Source: Heterostelium pallidum
Taxonomy: Eukaryota
Direction of reading: 5' to 3'
NCBI RefSeq assembly: GCF_000004825.1
Contig: NW_008805068.1
Span: 1,797,471-1,861,470 of the forward strand
Length of the DNA stretch: 64,000 bases
Shown piece after piece: positions 1-11,800 of the stretch. Position 1 is the stretch's first letter. Every line of letters starts with the position of its first letter. The notes below the pieces were generated by a model. The model searched no databases. It was not told the origin of the DNA and saw only the letters and a program-made list of their open reading frames with translations. A program made the position numbers and the translations under genes.

Positions 1-1196
1 TAAAGTTTTAGGTTGTGAAATGGCTGGTGGTTGCTGATATTTGTCTATTTCTAAATCCATCCTTTTTATTTATATTTTTCACATAATATAATAAAATACA
101 AATAAATTCCAAAAAATATTTATTTTTTAACTTTGTTTTGTAATATCAATCTTCTGTTTTTTTTTCTTTTCTGTTCTACCCAATCAAAGATAGAATATAT
201 GATTTCAATTCATTACAACAAATATATAATTAAATTATCTTGTATTATTTTATTTTTTTTTAAAAGAAATCAATAAATAGAAAAAAAGTAATAGGTTGAA
301 AAATATAAATAAAAAAATCTGTTTAGTCAAATGTTGTGTTTGAAAGAGCTGGTAATTATAATATAATATTTAAATTAATTATTGCGCAGTAGGTGATTGA
401 TGTGCTGTGCGTCAAAGGATATGAACTATGAACCTATTATAATAAACAATTAAAGTAAAAGTATTTATTGATGTTATTTGGTGTTGTGTTTTTTGATTGT
501 AGATTTTTTTTTTGAAGTTTGTGTGATTAAATAACAGAGGACTACAAAAACAACAAATTAAATACTTTTTTTTTTTTGGTCCAACCAAACCAACACCAGG
601 ACTTCTCGAGATTAAAGAAAAAAAACACAAAAAACCAACTTTTGAGAAATGTGGGCATGTTTTTTTATTATAAAAAAATTTCTTACAAAAATAGTAACAA
701 AAAAGTGTGTTGCGTAAACGAAATCCATCAATAAAATCAAAAAGCATCAAAAAACAAAAACACAAGCAAAACCAATCAGTTGATTGATTCCGGATCTTGA
801 AAAAAGATTTTTTTCTTTTTTTCTTTTTTGGTATTGGTAAAAAAAGATTTTATTAATTTAATTTAAATTAATTAATTTAATTTGATTAGATTGATTTTAC
901 AAGTAAATAATTTAATTACTCTTTGTTTTTATAAGAATAACCAAATCTTTTAAAATAGTTTAGAAATATTGTTGTGTGTAGTGAGTGCAGAGTGAGGAGA
1001 GTTGATGAATAACAAAAAAAAAAAAAAACAAAAGAAAAGAAAAGAAATAAATAAATAAAATTTGGTAAAGGTTATTAAAGATTGATGGATGGCTAGTTGT
1101 GATCGATCTATCATTTCTGTCGATAATTGTGTGATGATGATGATGATGATGATGATGGTGTAGTTGTTTGTTCCTAAACAAGTTGTTGTTTTTGTA

Positions 1197-2061
1197 TTAG
1201 TGGACCGGTTTCTCGGGATTCTTGCTGTTCTTTCGTGTGTAGACGAAAATAACAATGAAAGCAATGGTCAACGATAGAATTGTGATAACAGTTATTTTTA
1301 GTGCATTTCTCTTAATAAATGGTATACAACCTTTTCTATCCATGCCCAAATACAATTCTTCTTTTGCTCTTAAATCACCTAAATCCTCCTCTTCCTATTT
1401 CCGATATTGGTAATGACGACACAATTAGTTAGTTTGAAACTTATAAAGTTTAAAATATGAATTAAACAACAGCAATACATACCACATAGTTATCAACATC
1501 TTCTCTTACAATGATATTTGCTTCATCGAAACGAATCTTTTTCTTTTCCTTCTTATATTTAACATGATGATCAATATTAAATTAGTTTCAAATCTAGATT
1601 AATTAGAAGAGTTGATATACTTACAACACCACCCTTAACTTGGACACCTGTTATACTCTCTAATTCCTTTGTTCTTTCTCTTATGATATTATTGAATGCA
1701 ACAATTCTAAAAAAAAAAAAAAAAAAAAAGGAATATGTGGTTAAAACAGTGTTGTTTGTTGCTTATTGTTTTATTTGTTGTTGATAGCTTTTATTTTCAT
1801 TAAACAAATAAGTAAAAGTAGAAGTTTGTTATCTTATGCTTACTTGGGTCTTGCAGTGGTGATAGTACCAGAGTTTTGTGCACTAAACTCTAATTGTTGT
1901 ACGATCTCTTGTGCCTCTTCCAAGTCACACTCTATCTTATTGATCAATATAATCTTTTCGTCATTGGATACCGAGTGGTTGCTCAATGAATTCAAATTGC
2001 AATGAATCGAATCTGCCAACTCGTTGAAATCCTGTTCATAATGTGTGAATACATGATCCAT
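1197..2061 (-). CDS. Putative multi-exon gene. Exon 1 (about 1844..2061) encodes a Vti1/V-SNARE N-terminal-like helical domain. The 3'-most exon (about 1200..1400) encodes a tail-anchor transmembrane segment. Internal exon structure is unresolved.
   Basis: ATG at 2061 with AT-rich upstream. The N-terminus MDHVFTHYEQDFNELADS...EKIILINKIECDLEEAQEIVQQLE resembles the Vti1 N-domain (yeast Vti1 starts SYESDF...). A GTAAGC donor follows ...ITTARP at about 1843. Downstream coding-like blocks end in ...IPFIKRNALKITVITILSLTIAFIVIFVYTRKNSKNPEKPVH*, a tail anchor. No canonical SNARE heptad motif was found, so this may be two genes. Confidence 0.3.
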
Positions 2062-3392
2062 TTCTTTAAACTATAAGATTTTGTTTGTTCGATTCGAGTA
2101 TAATGACAATACTTGAGCTATGCTAGAATTAATATTATAAATATAATAATATTATAGAGATATATTAAAAATAAAAAAATATGCAAATTATTTTATGATT
2201 GGATGTTTTTAAAAAAAAAAAAAAACAAAAAAAACTAGAAAGATATTTAGAACTTTTTTTTTCATGTTCAGTTAGAGCCTCTTTTTATTCAAAGTAATCA
2301 TCGTGCAAAGTTATTACTATAGTTTAATTATATATAATATTTATATTGATTAACTTTACTTTTGCTCAATAATTTGACCAAAGCTAAGTTGATCATGAAC
2401 TTGTCTTACAGAGCAGATCAGAGCGAGCACACTCGTTGCCAGTGAACTATTATGTAGAGAGAAGTATGCCTGTTCATTTAAAAGTAGACATTCGAATGAT
2501 AACATTTTAATAGAGCAACATTGTAGTTGGATATAGAATTAATTTCAACTATTATATATTAATTACCTTGTGTTATTATATATATTATAATATATATAAT
2601 TATATTGCCCATATTAATATAATAACATATTTTAAAGTAATTTGATTTGTTAATATAACGAATATCAACTCAATGCTAAATAATTTAAATATTTTTCAAA
2701 ATTAAACAAAACGGAATCTGAATCTTGATCTGAACTATCACTCTCTTTATCAACTGAATTGGTGTGCATGATAAAAGAGTTCAACACCAGAGTCAAGATT
2801 AATTAAAAAATAATATCAAATAACATCAAATAAATAAACTTTGTACATTTTTGTATATGAAAGATTGTCTAGTTTTATTGTTTTTATGTTTGTTACTACC
2901 AATAATACTTTTTAACACTTTTACAAGTTTGAAAATAATTATAATAGTTTTAAACACTAAAATACAAATTTACTGATGTTATTGTAAGATAAATCTAATT
3001 AAATTACAAAGAATAAACCGTTAATAAACAAATAATTAATCTTATTAATTTTAACAGCTTTGTGTTATAAAGGATTATAATCATTTATTATGTTTCCTTC
3101 AATAAAAACAATTTAAAGAGATGATAATTTTGTAAGGGATAGTCGTGTATACAATAGGAGATTACGAAAAAACTTACAAATGGAGATAATATTATAATTG
3201 TCGATCAGGTATGATACAATTAATTTTATAAAAATTTCAACCAATTTAAATCTGGTATTAATTATTTTAAAATTATTAATATTAATTTAATAAACGAAAA
3301 TTAACAAATTGATTATAATACTTCCTCAATTATACAAAAACAAAGCAAATAAAACATTTTATTTATATTCTTTATATTAAAAACTATAGAAA

Positions 3393-3776
3393 ATGAAGAA
3401 ACAATTAATTTTAGTTCTTGTTCTCGCCCTATTATTGAACTCTTTTATCATGCTCTCCAATGCAGATAGTTCTGAAGATGAGACCTCTTCATTCGAAGAG
3501 CCCTCTTCAGAAAGTTCAGATGGAGATTCAGATTACGAAGATTTCGAAGATTTCGGAAATTGTTGTACATCAAACACCCGAGAATGTGGTTTTAACTTGA
3601 TGGATAATAATCCCAATCTAAATTGTTTTGACACCGATGGCTACTATCTTGCTCCCAACTTTATCTATAAATGCGATAAGAAAGGAGGAAGCCCTGTTTT
3701 CGAGAGTGAATGTGAAAGCTGTGAGATGAAGAAAGGATTGTTAAGTAGTGTTCGTCATGCTACATGTATGGATTAA
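3393..3776 (+). CDS. Small secreted acidic cysteine-rich protein of 127 aa with a signal peptide; single exon.
   Basis: ORF MKKQLILVLVLALLLNSFIMLSNA followed by an acidic Ser/Asp/Glu stretch and an 8-Cys C-terminal module. GC-richer than the flanks. No family recognised. Confidence 0.5.
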   Translation: MKKQLILVLVLALLLNSFIMLSNADSSEDETSSFEEPSSESSDGDSDYEDFEDFGNCCTSNTRECGFNLMDNNPNLNCFDTDGYYLAPNFIYKCDKKGGSPVFESECESCEMKKGLLSSVRHATCMD

Positions 3777-4038
3777 TTGTTTATAATAAATGGTTATCTT
3801 AAAAATTCAAAAGAATTTATTTGTTATTATTTAAAGAAATTCATAATCAATAATAACAACAAAATAAAAAATAATTGGATTTTCAATATCTTTTTTTCAA
3901 TTTAATAATTTCTCTGTGGGGAATAAAAAATTAACCACGCACACAATGTTTAAAATCAATTCATTCATTTCATTGTGTTTTTATTTTATTTTCTTGTTTT
4001 GTTTTCAGAACTGAGAAAGGTTAGAGAATTTCACCGAG

Positions 4039-5426
4039 ATGTATAATAATAATAATAATAATAAAGATAAAGATTACAAAGATAACTATATAGATAAAGG
4101 TAGAGGTGGTAATTTGAATTTCAATACAAAGTTTGAAAATACCACTTGGCAAGCTATGAGCGATTCTTACAATTGTAGTGATAGTTTCAGTGAGAGTGTC
4201 GCTGGCATTCATCACGATGAAACCATTGAAATCAACAGCCACAATAATAATAATAATAATAATAATGATGATAGAGATGATACAACCGATAAAGATGGAG
4301 CAAACACTCCACCTATTGTTACAGATATGTTATGTATGGTTGTACCTGCTGCAACAGAGTTTGCTGATGTAGGTATGCTCATGGAAGACAGTAGTCAACA
4401 GCTTTTGGAAGAAGAGATATTGGAATTCAACGAAACGCCTACTCTAAATGATATCATCTCTGCCAATGAATTATTACTATCAACATCATCATCATCGGAT
4501 ATCATATCGTCAAACACCTCACAACACAAACATCTACATCTCAATGATATCTGTCATTGCGGAGACATTGATAGTTTCATAGAGCTAATGACAACGGAAA
4601 ACCCTTTTATCCTCTCTGGTTTCCGTGAATACACAACAAGATCATTCAAACAATGTACAAGATCAATCTTTAAATTACATAACGATACAGGTTTGTAATA
4701 ATACTACTATTACTATGCACTCATTTTTTAGTTTATTATTAATATTAATATAATAATGCTGCTGTTTACTATTACCTAGGTAATATATGGACACATTTGA
4801 TACCAGCTTGTATTTATCTTTATATGGCACTCAATGAGTTGGTCGTTGTACAGGGAAGAAAACAACTAATGTTTACTATGTCAACTTATAAGATGAATCT
4901 ATTGGCCTACTTGTTCAGTTGTTTTCTATGTTTCTTTGCTTCGTCAGTGTATCATACATACCGGTCATACTCACTGGCGATCTACAAGAAGACATTGATG
5001 TTCGATGTCTCATCGATTGGTCTTGTCATCCTTACCAGTGTTAATCTTATCATCTACAGTGAGCTGTACTGCTATCCCAACGTTAGAACACTCTCACTCT
5101 GCTCTTTCTTCTTCTTGATTGCAGCAGCACTTTCTCTACTACCAAAGATAATGCGAGAGAAACGATTCTCTTTAAGAACATTGATATTCTCATTCCTTGC
5201 ACTTCAAGGACTGCTGTCACATCTATTGCGATTGTATTTGGACAGTGTCAACCACCCAGATTTCAAATACTCTTTCATTGAAGATTCAAACTTCCAATGG
5301 TTAATCCTGGCCTATCTACTAATGTCAATCGGTTTATCCATAAGACGTGTAAAATTCCCAGAGTTATTATCACCAGGTAAATTTGATATCTTTGTAAGTA
5401 TACCGAAATATTGTCAAAGGAATTAA
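4039..5426 (+). CDS. PAQR / hemolysin-III family 7TM receptor (adiponectin-receptor-like), with an Asn-rich N-terminal extension. Exons: join(4039..4690, 4780..5426).
   Basis: Exon 1 ends ...KLHNDTG with a G|GTTTGT donor. Exon 2 begins after ttacctag| with NIWTHLIPAC.... The spliced HNDTGNIWTHL matches the PAQR signature (HNETGNIWTHL), and a later SSVYHT motif and multiple TM helices fit. Phase checked. Confidence 0.75.
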
Positions 5427-5850
5427 ATTTTTTTGCTATATAGCATTATATTAACTAAATGTAATCAGTTTTCTAGTCATCAAATATTTCATGTTTTAGT
5501 TGTATTTGGCACTTATTTCATTTATAATGCATATGGTCATGGAACAGAGTCCTGTAAACTGTAATATTAATAAAAATTATAAGAAATTTTTTATTTATTT
5601 TCAATTAACTCTCTGTAAATTTAAATTGTTTAAAAAAAAAAATCTCCATCTATAATAATAAATATTAATAAGTATTTATGAATATTACTTTAGGTAGTAT
5701 TTGAATGATTATAATACTTATGCAGGTGGCAATGGAAGGGAATGTTGTATTCCAAGAATAAAAGAATAAAAATGTATCTTATTTTTTCAAATATCATTTT
5801 TAATGTTGTAATTGTTTTATTTATTTATATTTTTTAATAGTTTAATATTA

Positions 5851-8800
5851 TTAACCAACTAATGCTGAGTAACCATCGAATGACTTGGAACTCCAACATT
5901 CAAGTGTACCAGTTGCATCACCTACTATCAGTTGTGTATGATCTTTACTAACACCAACTGCAGTCACTGGATTCTTGGTGGACAACACTCTGATTTTCGT
6001 GAGATTCCATGCATTCCATAGAACAATCTTACCGGACTCCATACCTGTGATCAACAAGTTGGTCACTACACCCTCAATGCCAGATGTGAACACCATACAG
6101 TTGATACGATCGTTAGGAATCGGTACACGAGAGATCAAATCACCTTTGGGTGACCAGAGTCTGAGTGCACCGTGGTCACCGGTAATGTTGGTCTCGGCAG
6201 AGGCAGTGTAGTTGGTAGTTGGCGATACTTGTACACAGGTTACAGGATTGTCATGTGGTAAGCTCATTACGTAGGAAAGTCTATTGAGATCCCACACGAT
6301 GCAACTGTGATCTTTGGAACCACTAACAATGACACTGAACTCCTGTGACACTGTTACACAGAGAATCGAATCGGTATGTCCATAGAGCTTAGACCAGAGC
6401 GTGAGATTGTCACCACGCTCTTTTCTAGTCATAAAGGTTCCATCGCTGTTAGAACGTTTCCAAACCTTGATAGTACCAGAAGTTCCACCTGTAACAAATA
6501 ATCTTCCATTCTTTGTAATATCACAACAAATAATATCATCATTGACAACTTCAATCAATGAAATCACCTTTCCAGTATCCAATGAACAGATTCTCAAATT
6601 TTGATCCCAATGTCCCCATGACACAAATTTATTTGTATCTGGATAGAATAGAATCTAATTGGCACAAAAAATAAAAATAAAAAGTAAGTAACAATTATTA
6701 TTATTATTATTAAAATAATATATATTATTTGATAATTACCTTTTGTGATGATAATGGAATTGGTGTATCACTTGAAATACCAATGAAACCAACTGGATTA
6801 CGAATTGACCACATTGGATATTGATTTAATTTCAATGGGTTGGTGTAGACAGCATCCTGTAGGGTTTTCGATGACTTTCTCCAACTCTTTTGTGGATGTG
6901 GTTTGGTGAAGATCTGTTTGGGTGTTTGACCATAGCTGTGAATCTGTGCAATGGTGGCATCTCTTGTGAGCTGATCTTCGATGGTATCAATGTCGACGGC
7001 ACCCTCGTAGGTCAATGGGAAGAACATATTGAATGCTTTGGCAGCTGCTTCACCCTGTTGTTTGTATCCAAACATCAAGTCGATCCAATTGTTAAGATTC
7101 TCAGAGACATACTTGGATTCCAGTGCTTCGAGATGTTTCTTAATGAAGAGACGTGCGTCGCCTTTGGCCCAAGGTGGCAACACGACATCCTCAACACGAA
7201 TTCCATCTTGCTTGACACCCATATCGAATTGATTGGAGTTTACAAGGAACTCTGGAAGGTAAAAGAATTCTGGGATCAACTCTTTGACGTCGGAGCTAGA
7301 GATCGAGGAGGAAAGACGCCACGACTGGCAGATCGAGTGGAATGCACGATCGGGTACGTCGAAACGACCACCTTGGAAATCGATGAAATACGAGGAAAAC
7401 GGTTGAAGACGAACCAGGAAATGAAGTACCGAACCAATGTTGGAATAGTGAGAACCGTAGTGGTATGGCTTCTCGTTTGTCTCTTGGAGGTAGTTGAACT
7501 TCTCAACGAATTTCTTGAGACGCTGTGGATCTTGTGCACCCATTGGCTTGGTGAGATCACGGAATGTCTCGGGATTGTCGAGATCCAACTCCTCAGATTC
7601 ATAGTCTCTGAGGATGAATGGGAAGATTGGATACTGTGTGAGATCATTGAATGAACGACCCGCCAATGTATTGAGATGCATGAGATACTCAAAGTTTGAG
7701 ATGAGTCCATGTTGCCATTTCTTGGTGATCGACATCTTGATGATATTTCCTTGTACTTCGGCTGCATAGTCCACACGATTTGGAAGTGGTTTCGACATGA
7801 TTTGATCGTAGACCAAGTCACGATCGCTTGGCTTATTGAAGGCGAATAGATATGCTTTGTGAGGAACACCACTTCCCAAGAAGATTTCGATAGCACTGTT
7901 CTTGAGAACATGACGACGCTTGTGAATCTCAATGATATCCTCATAGGACATGGTAATGTGTTTTCCTGTGGACATTGATGATTTTCTCGATTTCTGAGAT
8001 CCGCCACTGTTGTTGTTATTGTTACTGCTACTGGCGTTGAGCGAATTAGATTTCTGCGATGAAGATTCACTGAGCAGTTCATCCATAAAGTAGACGTTCA
8101 AGTCACCGATTAACAACTCACCGTTACGCTGGAAGAACGGGGAGACATTGGCGCATGGGAATGAACCATTCACTTTCTCACCAATCATAAGATTGTCAAA
8201 CGATGAGTAGGAATCGTGTGATCCATGAAGATTGTTGGTTGACCAATGTAGATTCTCATCTTTCGAGACACGGCTTATGATTGTATTGGAAGGTGTCTTT
8301 GTCAACTCACTTGGAATGGCGAGATGTGTCATTTCCGAACGCTGAGTGATTCGCTTCATTCTGTTACGCATACGATGCGAACCCTCGGTTGGGTCCAGTT
8401 TCCACTTGGTGGAAGGAGTAGTTTCCCAGATGGCACGTTCATGGGTAACCTTTTTAATGAGCGCCTTCCACTGATTATGGAAGAATCGTTTCGATTCTCT
8501 AGTCTGATAGTAATAGGCAATCGATGATTTCTCGGTCTGAGCTTTCAGTTGCAACAGTGATTCCGTCAACTTTTTGGTGGATTTCGAAATATCGAGATTG
8601 TTGGTGATAATCTTTTGCTTATTCTTCTGGGTGTCTAGATACTGCAGTTTCCATTCACGCTTCGATTGATTGTGACGTTCCTCCCACTTTTTATATTCAT
8701 TCTCGACGTATTGTGCTTGGTAGCGGTAGAGAATCTCGCGGGTGTCGGTAGTCGACCAATTCTGGCAATCGAAAACCTTCTTGAGGAAGTCAGGTCCTGC

Positions 8801-11800
8801 ACCTTGGTAGATCATATACCAAAGTTTTGTGGTGACCTTGTTGAGTGGATCGTCCTCGGGTAGCTGGAGGAAACGCTGGGTGGTATGGAGCAATGCCACC
8901 AAGAAGTCTTCTTCTGGCATCAACACACTGATGGGTGACTGCGGGATGGTTGGCAGCGATGCAACCGACACATTGTAGACCGATCCAAGATTTGCGGTAT
9001 CAATGCCAATCAGCAATGAGAGAGTGAGAATATTGCTATCGGAATACTCGCGCAAAGTCAACAATTGATAGATCAACTTGCCAAGCAATGAGCGGGCAGA
9101 GTATTGTGTTGAGAATGGATTCAAATAGTTGTAGTTATACTGAGGAAGTTTCTTATTGGAGAGAGCGATAATAAGAGTAGTAATGAAAGCGTCATTGCTG
9201 AAGAGATTCGCTTCTTTGATCCATTCTTGAATGTAGGAATTTTTCTTCTTTTTCGTTTGCTGGTGGCCAGAGGTGTCGTACGAAGAGGAGTCAGAGTCTT
9301 CATTGGATTCGTCATTCGAAGAAATGTAGGCAAATTGATAGTGTTCAGCCATTGACAGATCGATAACTGGCGAATCAACAACATGTCCAGTGATTCCGGT
9401 GGATTTCGGTGTTGGCGGAGCAGAGTCTGGCGAAGCCGATACAAATGGTTTGGTTGGTGTGCTGCTAGCAGAGAGTATTGAGTTCTTTCCAGAGATGACA
9501 TTGGATTTCTCTTGGTAGCAAAGAGTGTTGATGGCGAGAATCGAAATCTTTTCAAATTGTGAGACCAGCGATTCCACTGAAACGAATGTATGATTCTCAT
9601 TGAAGAAAGTAATGACATTCTGCATGACACGTCGCTGTAGGAAACAGATGTATTCATAGTCCATCTTGGTATTCAAATGTATGATAACCAAGATGTCACG
9701 AAGTAGATTGGCATCTTGATTCTTGACACCGTAGAGTGCAATCTCATTCAATAGCAAAAGAACGGCTTCCTCCGATTTCCAACTGTCTTCCTTCTGGAAT
9801 TGGTCAAGGTGACTCGGTGTAGATGATTCGCTGCTGTTGTTGTTGTTGTTGTTGGTATGATTATTTCTATTGAATGCCTGGCTGAAGAGTAAATTCTTTC
9901 GCTTCACAAAGTTGCTGGAGAGAATATCGACAAGACGATGGATCAACTCTTGCTCTAACATCAACTGTGAGAATTGGTCATGTACGAAAATGTGGTGAAT
10001 GATCTTGATGACTATGTGTTGTGCTTCGTAGGTACAGTTGCACAGAATAATCAAAATGGTAACCAAGACACCTGGATACTTTAGTTCCCAATCCTTTGAG
10101 ATCGATTTAAAGTAGTTTTTGACAGAGATGTCTTGGTTGTATGGTTTACCAAATAGAATACAAAACAAAACTCCAAAGATCTCTTCGGTGAGAGAATACG
10201 ACAACAACTGGTGACCCAACAAGTGGAATCCCTTCAACTTTTGGAAGTGAATATTAATGGATGGAACCTTTAGGAAAAGATCGATAACCTTGAGGAATAG
10301 TATACGAATTGGGATAGATTCATTTACCAACAATCCGAAAATAGATTCCAAACTGCAGATCGAATGGAACTCTTCGATGACCGAGTGGTCGGATCGACTG
10401 AGAATGTCGAGCAGTAGTGTCAATATGGAGATACGCATTGATTCGTGAAGTGACGGTGCGAGAGGAGTCGATTGTCCAGAGGAGGGTGGCGATGTCGAGA
10501 GTGGGGTCGATACATTTGAGCTATTATTAGTGCCATTACCAGAGTCGATTGAGAATGTCTGACTGTTGTTGATAGCCTGCATCAAGTAGGTATTCGACTT
10601 TTTACGACGTGCCTGTCCTGTTGGTTTGCCTTTTGGACTGGTCTCTAACAAGTAGGAAATCAGTAGATTCAAATCGTCGTTGATCTTTGGTGGACGATGT
10701 TTGATTGAATCCAAGATGGACATGAGCAATGGGATGATTTCAAGTGGAACATCATCCTCGCGACATATCTTCAAGATGATCTCAAAGGCATCGGCTTGTC
10801 GGAATTTGATTATGTTGAAATCATGATTCTCATGCAATCCAGACACCAACTTATCGAGAGATTCAAACAACTTCTTTTGGTCGACAAGTGAAGCACGACG
10901 CCATATGTCCCACTCCAATAAAAAGTGTTTCAAAGCCAAAACATTTTGAACTACACCGTTGATGAAATGACTGGAGGTACGAGTGGATTGTACACCTACA
11001 AAAGAAAAGAGAATGGAGAGTAGTCCTTCATCCAATGGCCATCTCTTTTTGCGGATGAGATGGCTTACCATTTGATATCCATAGATCTCTTTCATGTCCA
11101 TCGTATTCTGCTGGTGGTTGGCAACCACCGATTGAAGAAGTCGCAGACTGGATCGTTGGAACTCCTTGTCCTGTGATATCGCCATTAGGTAGATAATGAC
11201 ACTGACACCACCAGTGTCTGCAACTTGATCTTTGATTCCACGCTGACAGATAACGCCTGGAGGCAACGGACTTGGAAGTCCGGTTTGAAGCAGCGATACA
11301 TAGTTGGCAGAGAGTTGTTGGATGTTGTTGACTTTAACAGGTGCGATGGCACCTCCTACCACACTGGCTATCGTTGACATGGCCGATGTCGACATGATCG
11401 ATTGAGTCGTATTCATATCCATCGATTGATGATGGTGATGTTCACCACCAAAGGTCGATCGACTATCACGACGAATAAGTCCACGACTGGAACTTGACGA
11501 CAGCAATGACGATGTGCTGGCAGTCATTGTCATGGAGCGAGACGGATCCGTTCCGCTAGTCATACTATCGCGAATAGATGAAGATCGCTTGAGGAATGAC
11601 AGACTGTCACTCGATTGCTGTGGTTGTGCAGAGACGTGAGTGATTGCCTCAGACTTGTTATTCATAATGCGATGCGCTTTGGTCACACGTAGACACTTGG
11701 CAGAGAGAATCGATAGTATTTTATCGTGCAGCGAATGAAGATGTGCAACGGTTGGTGTATGAAGATGTTCAATCAGAATTGGATGCAATTTAGTGTGTTT

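Noticed and set aside
412-1264. Three minus-strand ORFs of 73-117 aa in the first 1.3 kb.
   Set aside because: These are translations of AT-rich, homopolymer-rich sequence (poly-K/F/I, with HHHH from a GAT repeat). They have no coding compositional signal and are treated as intergenic.
2400-2520. Tested as U6/U2/U1 snRNA or tRNA.
   Set aside because: No match to the conserved snRNA cores (for example U6 ACAGAGAAGATTAGCA) or to a tRNA cloverleaf. It is kept only as an unexplained island in findings.
6890-8082. Plus-strand ORFs of 254 and 67 aa and a minus-strand ORF of 268 aa overlapping the BEACH exon.
   Set aside because: These are alternative-frame or antisense shadows within the 5.6-kb lvsA exon. 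They have no domain similarity, and the lvsA frame carries the BEACH motifs.
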